A DNA stretch of 64,000 nucleotides from an uncultured Bacilli bacterium (GCA_934098745.1 CAKOPG010000009.1:51-64050), one strand, 5' to 3'; shown: positions 21,292-31,177, counted from the first letter of the stretch. Made by a program: numbers and translations. The notes: generated by a model from the letters alone, not told the origin.

Positions 21292-21350
21292 CTTATCACC
21301 ATTATAATTATAACGCATAATTAACTAATAATAAACCAAAGTAATTAAAG

Positions 21351-21379
21351 TTGACACAAAAAGTCAAATGTTGTATAAT
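21351..21379 (+). promoter_or_regulatory. Consensus sigma-A promoter of the T7SS-like operon
   Basis: TTGACA (21351-21356), 17-nt spacer, TATAAT (21374-21379). RBS AGAGGGTGG precedes the essC ATG. Confidence 0.7.
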
Positions 21380-21407
21380 TTACCTATAATAAAGAGGGTG
21401 GCTAAAA

Positions 21408-24400
21408 ATGATCATATATGTTTTCAATAATAATTATCTAAATAAAATTAATCTCCCGGTAAAAGTTAGTGGTGTCTATCAATTACATGGAAAAAATAAC
21501 CTTTTTCTAGGTAATTTTGAAGCTACAAATGATTCGTGGAACTTTATCCCTGCTAGTAGTGTTCTTCTAGATTATCAAAGTAATCCTAAAATTACTAATT
21601 ATGAAGAAATAATCATCACTGACACCATTAGTCAAGAAAAATATATGATTTATAGTATTCCCACTTATGATCAAAATAATTTTAAATGTCTTGCCCAAAA
21701 AGATAATATTACTATTGGTAGCGATGGTAGTAAAGATATAACATACCGTAAAAATATTATGGATAACGGACTCATTTCATTGACATATACCACCAATGGT
21801 TGGTATTTAGAAACTAATTATCAAAATGTTTTCGTTATGGATAAACCGGTAACAAAAACTTATCTACTAGATGGAGATTACTTATTTTTCTATGGATTAA
21901 AAATAATTTTTTATGGCAAAATAATTCTTATCAATAATCCTAATAATTTAGTAACTATTAATAGTGCTTCGCTTTCTCCATATCAAGATAATAATGCTTT
22001 TGAATTGGTTGAGTCAACTATCCCTGAAGATACCCCATTATATACAAAAGATGATTATTTTTTTAAATCGCCCCGTTTTGATACAGTTATTGAAGAAGAA
22101 ACTGTAAAAATAGATGAACCACCAGCTCCCGAAGATACCGAGTCAACCCCGTTAATTACTACTATAGGTCCGCAATTGACAATGCTTTGTACTTCTGGTA
22201 TCTCTATTGCTTCAACTATTTACTCATTTACCAATAATGGTGGCTCAGGAGTTAATAATAAACCTCGATTGATATTGTCGATATCTACCATGGTTGTTAC
22301 TATGATTGGCGCTTTCTTATGGCCTGGAATAGTCAGAAATATCAATAAAAATAAATCTCTTACCAAAGAGTCTAAAAGAAAACAAAAATATAACCGTTAC
22401 CTAGAGAGAAAAAAACAAGAAATAGAAACTATTAAGTTAAAACAAAAACAGATACTTACCGAAAATGCCTTAACAAGTGAAAAGTGTATCGAAGCCATTA
22501 ATCAAAAAAATAGATTATTATGGCAAAGAAATATAGAACACGATGATTTCTTACAAATAAGATTAGGTACAGGACGTGTTGAAACAAAAATCAAAGTAGA
22601 TATTCCTGAAGATAAATTTACTGTCGAAGATACTGATAAAATGTATGATTTACTTCAAGGAGTAGTTCAGAAATCATTAACTATAGATAATGCTCCTCAA
22701 TGTGTAACTCTTACTGAAGATTTTATTACTGCTATTGTTGGTAAAGATGAATTAATTAAAAGTTTCTTAGATAATGTCTTTCTTCAAATAATGACTCTTC
22801 ATTCTTATGCCGAATTAAAAATTATTGTCTATACCAAAGATGAAGATAAATGGAATTATTTAAAAATTATTCCTCATTGCTGGGATAATTCTAAAAAAGT
22901 AAGATATTTTGCTACTTCTATTGAAGAACTTACCGAAGTTACTGCTGAAATTGAAAAAACATTCGATAGTAGAGTTAAACAAGAAGAAGATGCCAAAAAA
23001 GAAGAAGATGGTGCTAAAGAAGATGACAAGAATATATATAAAGAATATAAACCATATTATCTAATATTTACCGATGATATCTCTAGCATTAGAAATGTTC
23101 CTCTAATCAAAAAAGTTTTAAAATATAAACAAAATGTTGGTTTTTCCATTATGATGGCCAATGACCGTTTATCTAATCTACCAAGTGAAACTACTTCATT
23201 TGTTATTGTAGCTTTACCGGAGTCTGGTTTAATTCGTAACGAATTAACTAAAGCCAATCAAAAGCCATTTATTGCTGATTTCTTACAAAATATTGACATC
23301 TACGAATATGCTCAAAAAATTGCTAACATTCCCATAGTAGTCGAAAAATCCAAATATGAATTACCAAATAGTTTATCTTTCTTAGAAATGTATAATGTTG
23401 GTAAAGTAGAACAACTAAATATAAGTGAAAGATGGGTAAATAATAATCCTACTAATAACTTATCTGTTCCCATAGGAATCGATCAAAATGGTGAAATCTT
23501 TAAAATGGATATTCATGAAAGTGCTTATGGTCCTCATGGCTTAATTGCAGGAACAACTGGTAGTGGTAAATCAGAATGGATTATTACCTATATTCTTTCC
23601 TTAGCGGTAAATTATCACCCAGATGAATTGCAATTCGTCTTAATAGACTATAAAGGTGGTGGCTTAGCTTTAAGTTTTGAAAATGAACAATTAGGTATAA
23701 AATTACCACACTTAGCTGGTACTATTACCAACCTTGATAAATCAGAAATAAATAGATCTATTGCCTCTATGGAATCAGAACTAAAAAGAAGACAACAAGT
23801 TTTTAATGAAGCCCGTGAAAAACTAAAAGAAGGTTCGATGAACATCTATAAATATCAAGAATTTTATCGCAAAGGTCTCGTCTCTGAACCAATGAGCCAT
23901 CTATTAATTATTTGTGATGAATTTGCTGAATTAAAACAACAACAACCAGAATTTATGGAACAATTAATATCTATTTCTCGTATTGGTCGTAGTTTAGGAG
24001 TTCATCTAATTTTAGCTACCCAAAAGCCAAGTGGAGTTGTCAATGATCAAATATGGTCTAACTCTAAATTTAAAGTCTGCTTAAAAGTACAAGATCGAAG
24101 TGATTCCAACGAAATTCTAAAAAAACCAGATGCGGCATACCTAAAACAAACCGGTTCATTTTATCTAGAAGTTGGTAATGATGATTATTACAATTTAGGA
24201 CAATCAGCTTGGGCTGGAGCTAAGTATTACCCATCAGAAACAATGCAAAAGAAAATAGATCAGTCTGTAGCATACATTAGTAATACAGGAAAAGTTATCA
24301 GTAGTTTTGATGATGAAAGAATACGAGATACTAAAAAGGAATGTAAGGGTGAAGAATTAATAAATATAATTAAATATATTGATGAAGTAAGTAGAAAAGA

Positions 24401-25982
24401 AACTCTTGTAAAAAGACAACTATGGTTACCTAATGTTCCCAAAGTATCCTACTTACAAAATCTATATAAAAAATATCCTCACAAAGTATTACCATATACA
24501 TATAACATCGCAATAGGGGAATATGATGAACCACGTAAACAACAACAAGGATTGTTGGAAGTAGATTTAGCAAAAGGAAATATTGGTATTATTGGCCAAG
24601 TAGGATCTGGTAAAGAAATGTTGATATCTACATTAATATGGTCAAGTTTAAGTGAACATACTCCTCAAGAAATAAATTACTATATAATTGATATGGGGGC
24701 AGAAACATTAAAAAAATTCTCTAAATTTCCTCATGTTGGCGAAGTAGTTACCCAAGAAGAACCTGATAAAATAATTGGCGTATTAGAATTAATCTTAGAA
24801 GAACAAGATAAAAGAAAAGAAGAATTTGTTGATTATAATGGTTCATTTGAATACTATAACAAAGTAAGTAAAAATAAAAAACCACTTATTGTTGTAGTAA
24901 TAAATGGTGTTGAAATATTTGATGAAGTAATGCCTAAAATATCAGAAACTATCAATACCATGTATCGTGATGGCCCAAGATATGGTATTATTTACATCTC
25001 TAGTACATCTTCTCAAAGTGGTTTAAGACAAAGACAATTACAGTACTTTAATCATACCATCGTAATGCAGATGCAAGATGATTCTTATTACCGTTCCATA
25101 ACCAACTGTCGAAGAGGTTTATTACCAGGTAAATCAATCGGTAGAGGTATATGTAAAATAGGTGAAGATGTTGACTCTTATTGTGAATTTCAAACTGCTT
25201 ACTTTATTGAAGATAGCAAACAAATTGAGTTTTTAAATGCTACTGCTACGAAAATGATTACGCATTATAAAACTAAAGCTAAACAGTTAGCTAAAGTACC
25301 AGATAGTGTAACAAGTGATGAATTAACTAAATATATAACTACTATGGAAAGTGTCCCTATAGGTTATAACTTCTATGAAAAAACAATTAGTAAATATAAC
25401 TTTACTAAAGAAAAAATATATCTAATAACTGGTAAAAATATTAAAGAAAATATTAAATTTATCTATGGATTAACAAGTATTTTAAGTAAAATATCTAATG
25501 TTAAAGTAAGAGTAATAGATATGCTAAGTATCTTTAACAAACCAATACTAGATATTAAAATATTTAATGACAAAATAGATGAAGTTTTTGCTGCTATAGA
25601 AAAAGATGTATTAACCAGAACTATTACTCAAGATAATGCTATTAATATTATTATTGGTATTGGAAGATATAAACAATATTTAAAATCAGGTGGTATTGAA
25701 ATATTCCAAAATGTTTTTAATAAAATACCATTATCTAAAAAAGAAACCTTTATCTTAATAGATGACTATGATAAATTAAAAGCTCTTAAATTAGAATCCT
25801 GGTATAGTCAAATTAATAATAATGAAGGTATATGGTTAGGACCTGGACTAAGTAACCAAAGCATTTTTGCTACTAATGAAATGACTCAAGAGGATAAAAA
25901 ATATAACTATGAAGGACTTGCCTATACTATAACTGATGCCAAATATACTGTTATTAAAACTGTTATGGATGGTGATGAATAA
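21408..25982 (+). CDS. essC: Type VII secretion FtsK/SpoIIIE-family ATPase EssC/YukB
   Basis: 1524 aa. FHA-like N-terminus, two TM segments around residues 250-310, and three P-loop domains (GTTGSGKSE with DEFAELK, then the degenerate GQVGSGKE, then a third module). Confidence 0.9.
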   Translation: MIIYVFNNNYLNKINLPVKVSGVYQLHGKNNLFLGNFEATNDSWNFIPASSVLLDYQSNPKITNYEEIIITDTISQEKYMIYSIPTYDQNNFKCLAQKDNITIGSDGSKDITYRKNIMDNGLISLTYTTNGWYLETNYQNVFVMDKPVTKTYLLDGDYLFFYGLKIIFYGKIILINNPNNLVTINSASLSPYQDNNAFELVESTIPEDTPLYTKDDYFFKSPRFDTVIEEETVKIDEPPAPEDTESTPLITTIGPQLTMLCTSGISIASTIYSFTNNGGSGVNNKPRLILSISTMVVTMIGAFLWPGIVRNINKNKSLTKESKRKQKYNRYLERKKQEIETIKLKQKQILTENALTSEKCIEAINQKNRLLWQRNIEHDDFLQIRLGTGRVETKIKVDIPEDKFTVEDTDKMYDLLQGVVQKSLTIDNAPQCVTLTEDFITAIVGKDELIKSFLDNVFLQIMTLHSYAELKIIVYTKDEDKWNYLKIIPHCWDNSKKVRYFATSIEELTEVTAEIEKTFDSRVKQEEDAKKEEDGAKEDDKNIYKEYKPYYLIFTDDISSIRNVPLIKKVLKYKQNVGFSIMMANDRLSNLPSETTSFVIVALPESGLIRNELTKANQKPFIADFLQNIDIYEYAQKIANIPIVVEKSKYELPNSLSFLEMYNVGKVEQLNISERWVNNNPTNNLSVPIGIDQNGEIFKMDIHESAYGPHGLIAGTTGSGKSEWIITYILSLAVNYHPDELQFVLIDYKGGGLALSFENEQLGIKLPHLAGTITNLDKSEINRSIASMESELKRRQQVFNEAREKLKEGSMNIYKYQEFYRKGLVSEPMSHLLIICDEFAELKQQQPEFMEQLISISRIGRSLGVHLILATQKPSGVVNDQIWSNSKFKVCLKVQDRSDSNEILKKPDAAYLKQTGSFYLEVGNDDYYNLGQSAWAGAKYYPSETMQKKIDQSVAYISNTGKVISSFDDERIRDTKKECKGEELINIIKYIDEVSRKETLVKRQLWLPNVPKVSYLQNLYKKYPHKVLPYTYNIAIGEYDEPRKQQQGLLEVDLAKGNIGIIGQVGSGKEMLISTLIWSSLSEHTPQEINYYIIDMGAETLKKFSKFPHVGEVVTQEEPDKIIGVLELILEEQDKRKEEFVDYNGSFEYYNKVSKNKKPLIVVVINGVEIFDEVMPKISETINTMYRDGPRYGIIYISSTSSQSGLRQRQLQYFNHTIVMQMQDDSYYRSITNCRRGLLPGKSIGRGICKIGEDVDSYCEFQTAYFIEDSKQIEFLNATATKMITHYKTKAKQLAKVPDSVTSDELTKYITTMESVPIGYNFYEKTISKYNFTKEKIYLITGKNIKENIKFIYGLTSILSKISNVKVRVIDMLSIFNKPILDIKIFNDKIDEVFAAIEKDVLTRTITQDNAINIIIGIGRYKQYLKSGGIEIFQNVFNKIPLSKKETFILIDDYDKLKALKLESWYSQINNNEGIWLGPGLSNQSIFATNEMTQEDKKYNYEGLAYTITDAKYTVIKTVMDGDE

Positions 25983-26236
25983 TGGAATACAAAGTATTAA
26001 TAAAATTATATGTTCCTGAAATAGAAAAAAAATATGATATTTATATTCCTATAAATAAAACCGTAAGTCAAGTATTAGTATTAATTAATAGATTAATAAA
26101 TAATGCTACTGGTGGAATATATCCTCTTAAAAATAATATTTACTTAGCAAATAGAAAAACTTTTAATATATATACTAATGATGCTGTAATCCGTAATACT
26201 GATATACGTAATGGCACTGAATTAGTTTTAATGTAA
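25982..26236 (+). CDS. esaB: YukD/EsaB-like ubiquitin-fold protein
   Basis: 84 aa. Its start overlaps the essC stop (ATAATG). The C-terminal IRNTDIRNGTELVLM resembles the YukD C-terminal pattern. Confidence 0.6.
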   Translation: MEYKVLIKLYVPEIEKKYDIYIPINKTVSQVLVLINRLINNATGGIYPLKNNIYLANRKTFNIYTNDAVIRNTDIRNGTELVLM

Positions 26237-26356
26237 TTAGTTTACAAATAATGTCAAATATAAAATAAAAAGACTTGCTAAAATTAAAAATAAATGAAAT
26301 AATGAATATAGAATACAGGGTATTCTGAATATTAAACTATTAAGGAGAAGATAACT

Positions 26357-26710
26357 ATGGCCAAAGATAACATTGAATTAGCCATCAGGGAACATGAAAT
26401 AGAAGATCTTGTTGTTGAAATAACTAATATCTCAGATAATATTTCCTCATACTTTGATGAAATAGATAAAAAAGTTGAAAGTATTAAAGAATATTTATCA
26501 GCTGAAGCCAATACCGATATTTCCAAAAAATATGATGAAATTAAAAGTAATTATCCAACCATAAAAGATAATATTATTTCATATTCTGATGATTTGGTAA
26601 GTTTAAATGAAAAAATGCGTGAAGGTAAAATATATCTTGTAAATAGGTTTAATGTTGAAGAGGAAAAATATAATGATAAGAAAAGGGAGGTGAATATAGA
26701 TGGCTCTTAG
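26357..26710 (+). CDS. Small helical protein, T7SS-associated (unknown family)
   Basis: 117 aa with a strong RBS (AAGGAGAAG). Heptad-like acidic helices and no TM. First gene of the small-protein operon. Confidence 0.5.
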   Translation: MAKDNIELAIREHEIEDLVVEITNISDNISSYFDEIDKKVESIKEYLSAEANTDISKKYDEIKSNYPTIKDNIISYSDDLVSLNEKMREGKIYLVNRFNVEEEKYNDKKREVNIDGS

Positions 26711-27005
26711 TATTGAAAATGCAACATTTGGATATGATGCTAATGGTTTACAACAAGCTATTAACAATCTAAATCTTAAATGTGTTACAGAAACAATATC
26801 AGCAATTAATGGCGGAATGGCTGATTTAAGAAGTTCTGTTGATGCTGCATGGAAAGGACAAGCAGCTGAGAAATTCAAAACTAAAATGGAAGAAGATGCT
26901 GATGAAGTATCATCAGCAATCCAAGAAGCAGGTGAAGCTTTAACTAGTTCATTAAAGACATTTGTTTCAAATTTAGCTGATGTTGATAATAGCATATCAT
27001 TTTAA
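26700..27005 (+). CDS. WXG100-family protein (EsxA-like)
   Basis: 101 aa with a central W-K-G (AAWKGQAAEKF) between two predicted helices. RBS GGGAGGTGA. Confidence 0.75.
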   Translation: MALSIENATFGYDANGLQQAINNLNLKCVTETISAINGGMADLRSSVDAAWKGQAAEKFKTKMEEDADEVSSAIQEAGEALTSSLKTFVSNLADVDNSISF

Positions 27006-27042
27006 TTAATAAAGATTAATAATATAAAAGGAGGAAAAGAAT

Positions 27043-27516
27043 ATGTCAATACAAGGTACAATAGGAAACGTTGGGTCTTTTGCGTCAAATACAATTGAAA
27101 GTGGAATAGCTTATGCTAAAGGGATATTAAATAACGTCGGAAGTACTGTTAGTGCTACCCTAGGAAATATCTGGAGTGGCGGATTTGCTGGAATCAGTAA
27201 AGCTGAAGTTGAAGGAACATTAATTCCTGCCATCGAAAATTATTGTAAGACAATTGAAGACAAAATTGCTGAATTTAATGCCGACGCTGATTTAGCTCAA
27301 ACATTTGCTGGTACAGAAATGCAAGGTGCTGCTAAAGAATTCGTTGAAGCTGTAAAAGAATTATTACAAGCATATGTATCAACTATGCGTGCTGAAATAG
27401 CTAGAGTTAATCAAGCTTATGAAGCATGGGAAACTGGAACACAAAGTGTTTCTTCAAATGCTACCAGCGATGCTTCAGAAATTCGTAATGCCGCTAGCAA
27501 TATTAAATTAGATTAA
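27043..27516 (+). CDS. Ala-rich helical protein with an N-proximal W-S-G, candidate T7SS substrate
   Basis: 157 aa. RBS AAAGGAGGA. GNIWSGGFAG motif. No TM or signal peptide. Confidence 0.5.
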   Translation: MSIQGTIGNVGSFASNTIESGIAYAKGILNNVGSTVSATLGNIWSGGFAGISKAEVEGTLIPAIENYCKTIEDKIAEFNADADLAQTFAGTEMQGAAKEFVEAVKELLQAYVSTMRAEIARVNQAYEAWETGTQSVSSNATSDASEIRNAASNIKLD

Positions 27517-27547
27517 TAATTTAGTAATTTAGTAAAAGGAGGACTAT

Positions 27548-27868
27548 ATGTTAGAAGCGCTAATAGCAGAACTAGAATGTTGTAAAAGACTATTAGTTCA
27601 AGTAACCGGGACTATCGGTGTTTTGAATTCAACATCTGGTCAGTATAGTGAGATGAGTGGTAAATTAGCCCTTGATTATACCGTAGATGATGAAAGAACA
27701 CCAGTTAATGAAAAAGTAGACCGAGCAGAAGAAAAAATAAGAAAGATATCAGCGCACCTAAGTGGTGTAACGATACCTAAAATAAATGCACGTATAGCCG
27801 AATTAAGTGCTTTAATAGCCGAATTGATGGCTAAAATGCAAGAAGAAGCTGCAGGAGGTAGTAGATAA
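27548..27868 (+). CDS. Small helical protein, T7SS-associated
   Basis: 106 aa. RBS AAAGGAGGA. Coiled-coil-like C-terminus (IAELSALIAELMAKMQEE). Confidence 0.5.
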   Translation: MLEALIAELECCKRLLVQVTGTIGVLNSTSGQYSEMSGKLALDYTVDDERTPVNEKVDRAEEKIRKISAHLSGVTIPKINARIAELSALIAELMAKMQEEAAGGSR

Positions 27869-28173
27869 TGAAATTTACCTATGCCGATACTAAGAATATC
27901 GAAGAAGTTGGTAAAGATATTATTGAATTAGCCAACAAATATAACTTAGAAATTACTAAATTATTCAAAAGATTAACTGGTCTTCCATTCGAAACATATG
28001 AATGGACCGGTAACAAAGCTGAAGATTATTCAGCAATAGTTGGATTAGATAAACAACAGTATTTAGATTTTTGTGATTTATTAAAAAGTTTTGGAACAAG
28101 CCTTATAGAAAGTGCTAGTAATATTAACATTTGTGTCAAAAAGACTTTAGCAGAAGAGGATTATAGAATATAA
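27868..28173 (+). CDS. WXG100-like protein
   Basis: 101 aa with a central W-T-G (YEWTGNKAEDY). Start overlaps the previous stop (ATAATG). Confidence 0.55.
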   Translation: MKFTYADTKNIEEVGKDIIELANKYNLEITKLFKRLTGLPFETYEWTGNKAEDYSAIVGLDKQQYLDFCDLLKSFGTSLIESASNINICVKKTLAEEDYRI

Positions 28174-28472
28174 TGACAAAGTTAAAGTATCCTGAATTAG
28201 GAATAATTAAAACACAAGAAGCTCTTATTACTGGAATCCAAGGAAATATTAATACTTTAGTAGGAACAACATTTGAAGTACCTGGTAGTATAGATGATGT
28301 AGTTCTTAAAACATTTCCCCAAATAGCTGAAGGTTTCAATAACGACTTTAAAAAGATTAAAGAAAGTTTTGAAAGATCAGATAAAAACTATAAGTTGTTA
28401 GATATCCAAATCCAAAATGAATTTAAAAATATTACTGTTGATCCAATGTCTAAAAGAGATAAAATTGTTTAA
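28173..28472 (+). CDS. Small protein, T7SS-associated
   Basis: 99 aa. Translationally coupled (TAATG). No motif recognised. Confidence 0.45.
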   Translation: MTKLKYPELGIIKTQEALITGIQGNINTLVGTTFEVPGSIDDVVLKTFPQIAEGFNNDFKKIKESFERSDKNYKLLDIQIQNEFKNITVDPMSKRDKIV

Positions 28473-28520
28473 GGAATACATGTTATTCCTTTTTTTGTTA
28501 ATAATATATTTGGTGATTAT

Positions 28521-29195
28521 ATGAACGAAATAACCCATGTTATCTTAAGAACATCCTTAGTATTAATAATTGTCTTCATAATGTTTAAATTATTAGGTAA
28601 GAAGCAAGTTTCCCAAATGAATATGTTTGATTATATTACTGGTATAACTATAGGTTCTATTGTAGCTGATATCTCATTAGATATTGAAAAAAACCTTTTA
28701 GCCGGTTTAATTAGTTTATTTATCTATTGCTTTGTATCAATACTCATTTCTTATATTAGTCTGAAAAGTGTTAAATTACGAGAATTTTTAAATGGTAAAG
28801 AAACAATCCTTATTGAAAATGGCCATATAATAAGAGAAAATTTAGCAAAGAATCGCATAACTATTAATATCCTAGAAACCGAAGCTCGACTTATGAGTTA
28901 TTTTGATTTATCAGAAATAAATAATGCTTATTTAGAACCAAATGGCAAAATAAGTTTTGAACCCTTTGAAAAAGACAAACCAGTTACCTTAAAAGATATA
29001 AACCTTAAATCAGAAAATCAAAGTATAATATATAACATCATAATAGATTCAAATATCATTAAAGAAAATCTAAGTAAAGTAAATATAACCGAAAAATGGC
29101 TCTATCATGAACTAAAAGTAAAAGGAATTAAACTATCTAATATCATGTTAGCTACCATTGATAATAATAAAAAACTAACTATTTATAAAAAGTAA
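28521..29195 (+). CDS. DUF421 (YetF/YdfS-like) membrane protein
   Basis: The N-terminal TM region with LLGKKQVSQMNMFDYITGITIGSI matches the conserved LxGKRxxSQxxxFDxV pattern of DUF421 proteins. Confidence 0.75.
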   Translation: MNEITHVILRTSLVLIIVFIMFKLLGKKQVSQMNMFDYITGITIGSIVADISLDIEKNLLAGLISLFIYCFVSILISYISLKSVKLREFLNGKETILIENGHIIRENLAKNRITINILETEARLMSYFDLSEINNAYLEPNGKISFEPFEKDKPVTLKDINLKSENQSIIYNIIIDSNIIKENLSKVNITEKWLYHELKVKGIKLSNIMLATIDNNKKLTIYKK

Positions 29196-29225
29196 TAAAT
29201 ACATCTAACAACAATATAATTAAGT

Positions 29226-29891
29226 ATGAATAAATATAAATGTTTAATTATAATTTTACTTTTAATAACTATTGCTTCTATCTCTAAAACATATGCTGCT
29301 AATAATAACTATACCCTCCTAGGTAAAGTAATTTATCTTGATGCCGGACATGGCGGCATTGATAGTGGAACTACCTATAAAAAAATATATGAAAAAGATA
29401 TTAATCTAATTTTATGTAAAAAATTAGAACAAGCTCTAATAGAACGTGGAGCAACTGTTTATTTAACAAGAAGAACAGATAAAGATCTAGCTTTATCAAA
29501 TAAAAATCGAAAAAGAAGTGATTTAATCAATAGAGCATACTTAATTAATAAAACAAAACCAGATCTCTACCTTTCTCTCCATCTAAACTATATTAGTAAT
29601 TCTAAATGGAAAGGCTTACAAATATTTTATAATAATAATAAAAACAAAGAAAATGAAATAATAGCAAATAAACTAACTAAATATATTAAAGAAAAAACCT
29701 ATAACGTTAGAGATCCTAAAAAAAACAATACTTACTACATGTATAAAAATATAACTTCACCGGGTGTTTTAATAGAAGTAGGCTTTTTATCTAACCCTGA
29801 TGATAGATATCGTCTAACTCATGAAAAATATCAAAATATAATAATAGAAAATATTACCTACGGTATAGAAAAATTATTTAAAGAAAAATAA
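29226..29891 (+). CDS. cwlD: Germination-specific N-acetylmuramoyl-L-alanine amidase (Amidase_3)
   Basis: YLDAGHGGIDSG, DLYLSLHLN and LIEVGFLSNPDD are the zinc-ligand motifs of Amidase_3. The size and signal anchor match CwlD. Confidence 0.8.
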   Translation: MNKYKCLIIILLLITIASISKTYAANNNYTLLGKVIYLDAGHGGIDSGTTYKKIYEKDINLILCKKLEQALIERGATVYLTRRTDKDLALSNKNRKRSDLINRAYLINKTKPDLYLSLHLNYISNSKWKGLQIFYNNNKNKENEIIANKLTKYIKEKTYNVRDPKKNNTYYMYKNITSPGVLIEVGFLSNPDDRYRLTHEKYQNIIIENITYGIEKLFKEK

Positions 29892-30155
29892 TACATCTCT
29901 TAAAGTTAAAAAGGTCCTTAAGTATAATACTTAGGGACTTTTAAATTGTAGGCTAAAGCCTTACAAAATATGAGTTTAACCTTTATTTTACTGGATAGAG
30001 AAATTTAAAAAATTTAAATTTTGTATTTACAGGAAACAATGGTTATGCCATAATCCTGACTTTGACAGTTTTGAAAGAGTAAAAACTCCCTATGCCTTAT
30101 TTTATAAAGGTTTAGAGAGTTTTTAATATGTTCAAAAAATGCGTAATGTGGAATG

Positions 30156-30650
30156 TTATTTTATTTGTTCAAAAATTTTTTTAAAATTTTTATATGTGTT
30201 TATTTCATAATCTGTCCTGAAACTAAAAATTTCGTGTAATTCATCGATTAAATTTGTTCTAATATAAGTTGGAATATAGCCATCTCCTTTAGATTCGAAT
30301 ACATACATATTTTTTAGTGTTTCTATTATTTGAGATGAAGTGTATTTGTTTTCTAATTTCTTTTCTAATAATCTAAAAATAAATAAAGATATAAAACAAG
30401 TCATAAAGTGTGCTTTAATTCGATCTTCTCTTGATAAATTAACTGGCCTAGCTAGGAAATCAGATTTCATGATTCTAAAAGATTCTTCTATTTCCCATCT
30501 ACCTTTAACTATTTTAAATATTTCTGAAATATCGCCAATTAAATTAGTTGTTAATGCATAATATCCATCATACTTTTCTTCTTCTTCGATTAATTCTTGA
30601 TTAATTGTGTAAGATTTGTTTTCAGCAACTTCACCATTATCTGTTGAACT
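30156..30650 (-). mobile_element. 5'-truncated IS1634/IS4-type DDE transposase gene fragment (C-terminal ~165 codons)
   Basis: The open frame reads ...YDGYYALTTNLIGDISEIFKIVKGRWEIEESFRIMKSDFLARPVNLSREDRIKAHFMTCFISLFIFRLLE.... This is the conserved C-terminal YxxRWxIEExF(R/K)xxK and RPV block of IS4/IS1634 transposases. No N-terminal part or upstream start. Confidence 0.7.
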
Positions 30651-30967
30651 AGGGGATGTGGTCCAACTAATATGTGTGAGTATTATATAGATTCATCAGG
30701 TAATAAAAAGAAAAATCCTATATATCAAACTGAATGTGCTAACACTAGAAAAGAAGTGAGTTGCCCATGAAATGGTCATTTTCTTTCATTATAACTATTG
30801 TAATAAGCCTACTTGCAATAATTATTATTTCTTTTAATAAAATAACCGTATCCAATGAACAAGATAATTACAATAATAATGAAAATATATCAACTGAATC
30901 AGTAGATATTACTTATTTTAGATTAACTGGTGAAATAAAAACAAATCAAGAAAAAATTTATTCATAA
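30649..30967 (+). pseudogene. Decayed duplicate of the 3' end of the 535-aa gene plus the 5' third of the 146-aa gene (33367-33690)
   Basis: The first ~125 nt are nearly identical to 33367-33490, with about 5 differences including a 2-nt indel. Beyond that it diverges. The 68-aa remnant ORF MKWSFSF... parallels MKWSFASIG.... Confidence 0.85.
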
Positions 30968-31177
30968 ATCTATATAAATATAAATATTTTAATAAGAAAA
31001 TTATAATATAAAGTAGTTTAATACACATATATGTTTATTCAGTATCATTCTCATTAACAAACAATTTTTAATATTGCCTTCAATATAGAAAAAATAAAAA
31101 AAAGATTAAAAAGTCTTTTTTTTCTGATTAACCTATGATATACTTTAATAGTAGGAAAATAGGCCAAAGGAGGTAGT

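Noticed and set aside
26603-26995. 130-aa minus-strand ORF opposite the WXG100 gene
   Set aside because: It is antisense to two strongly supported plus-strand genes that have RBSs and a WxG motif. It stays open only because of the Ala-rich codon composition.
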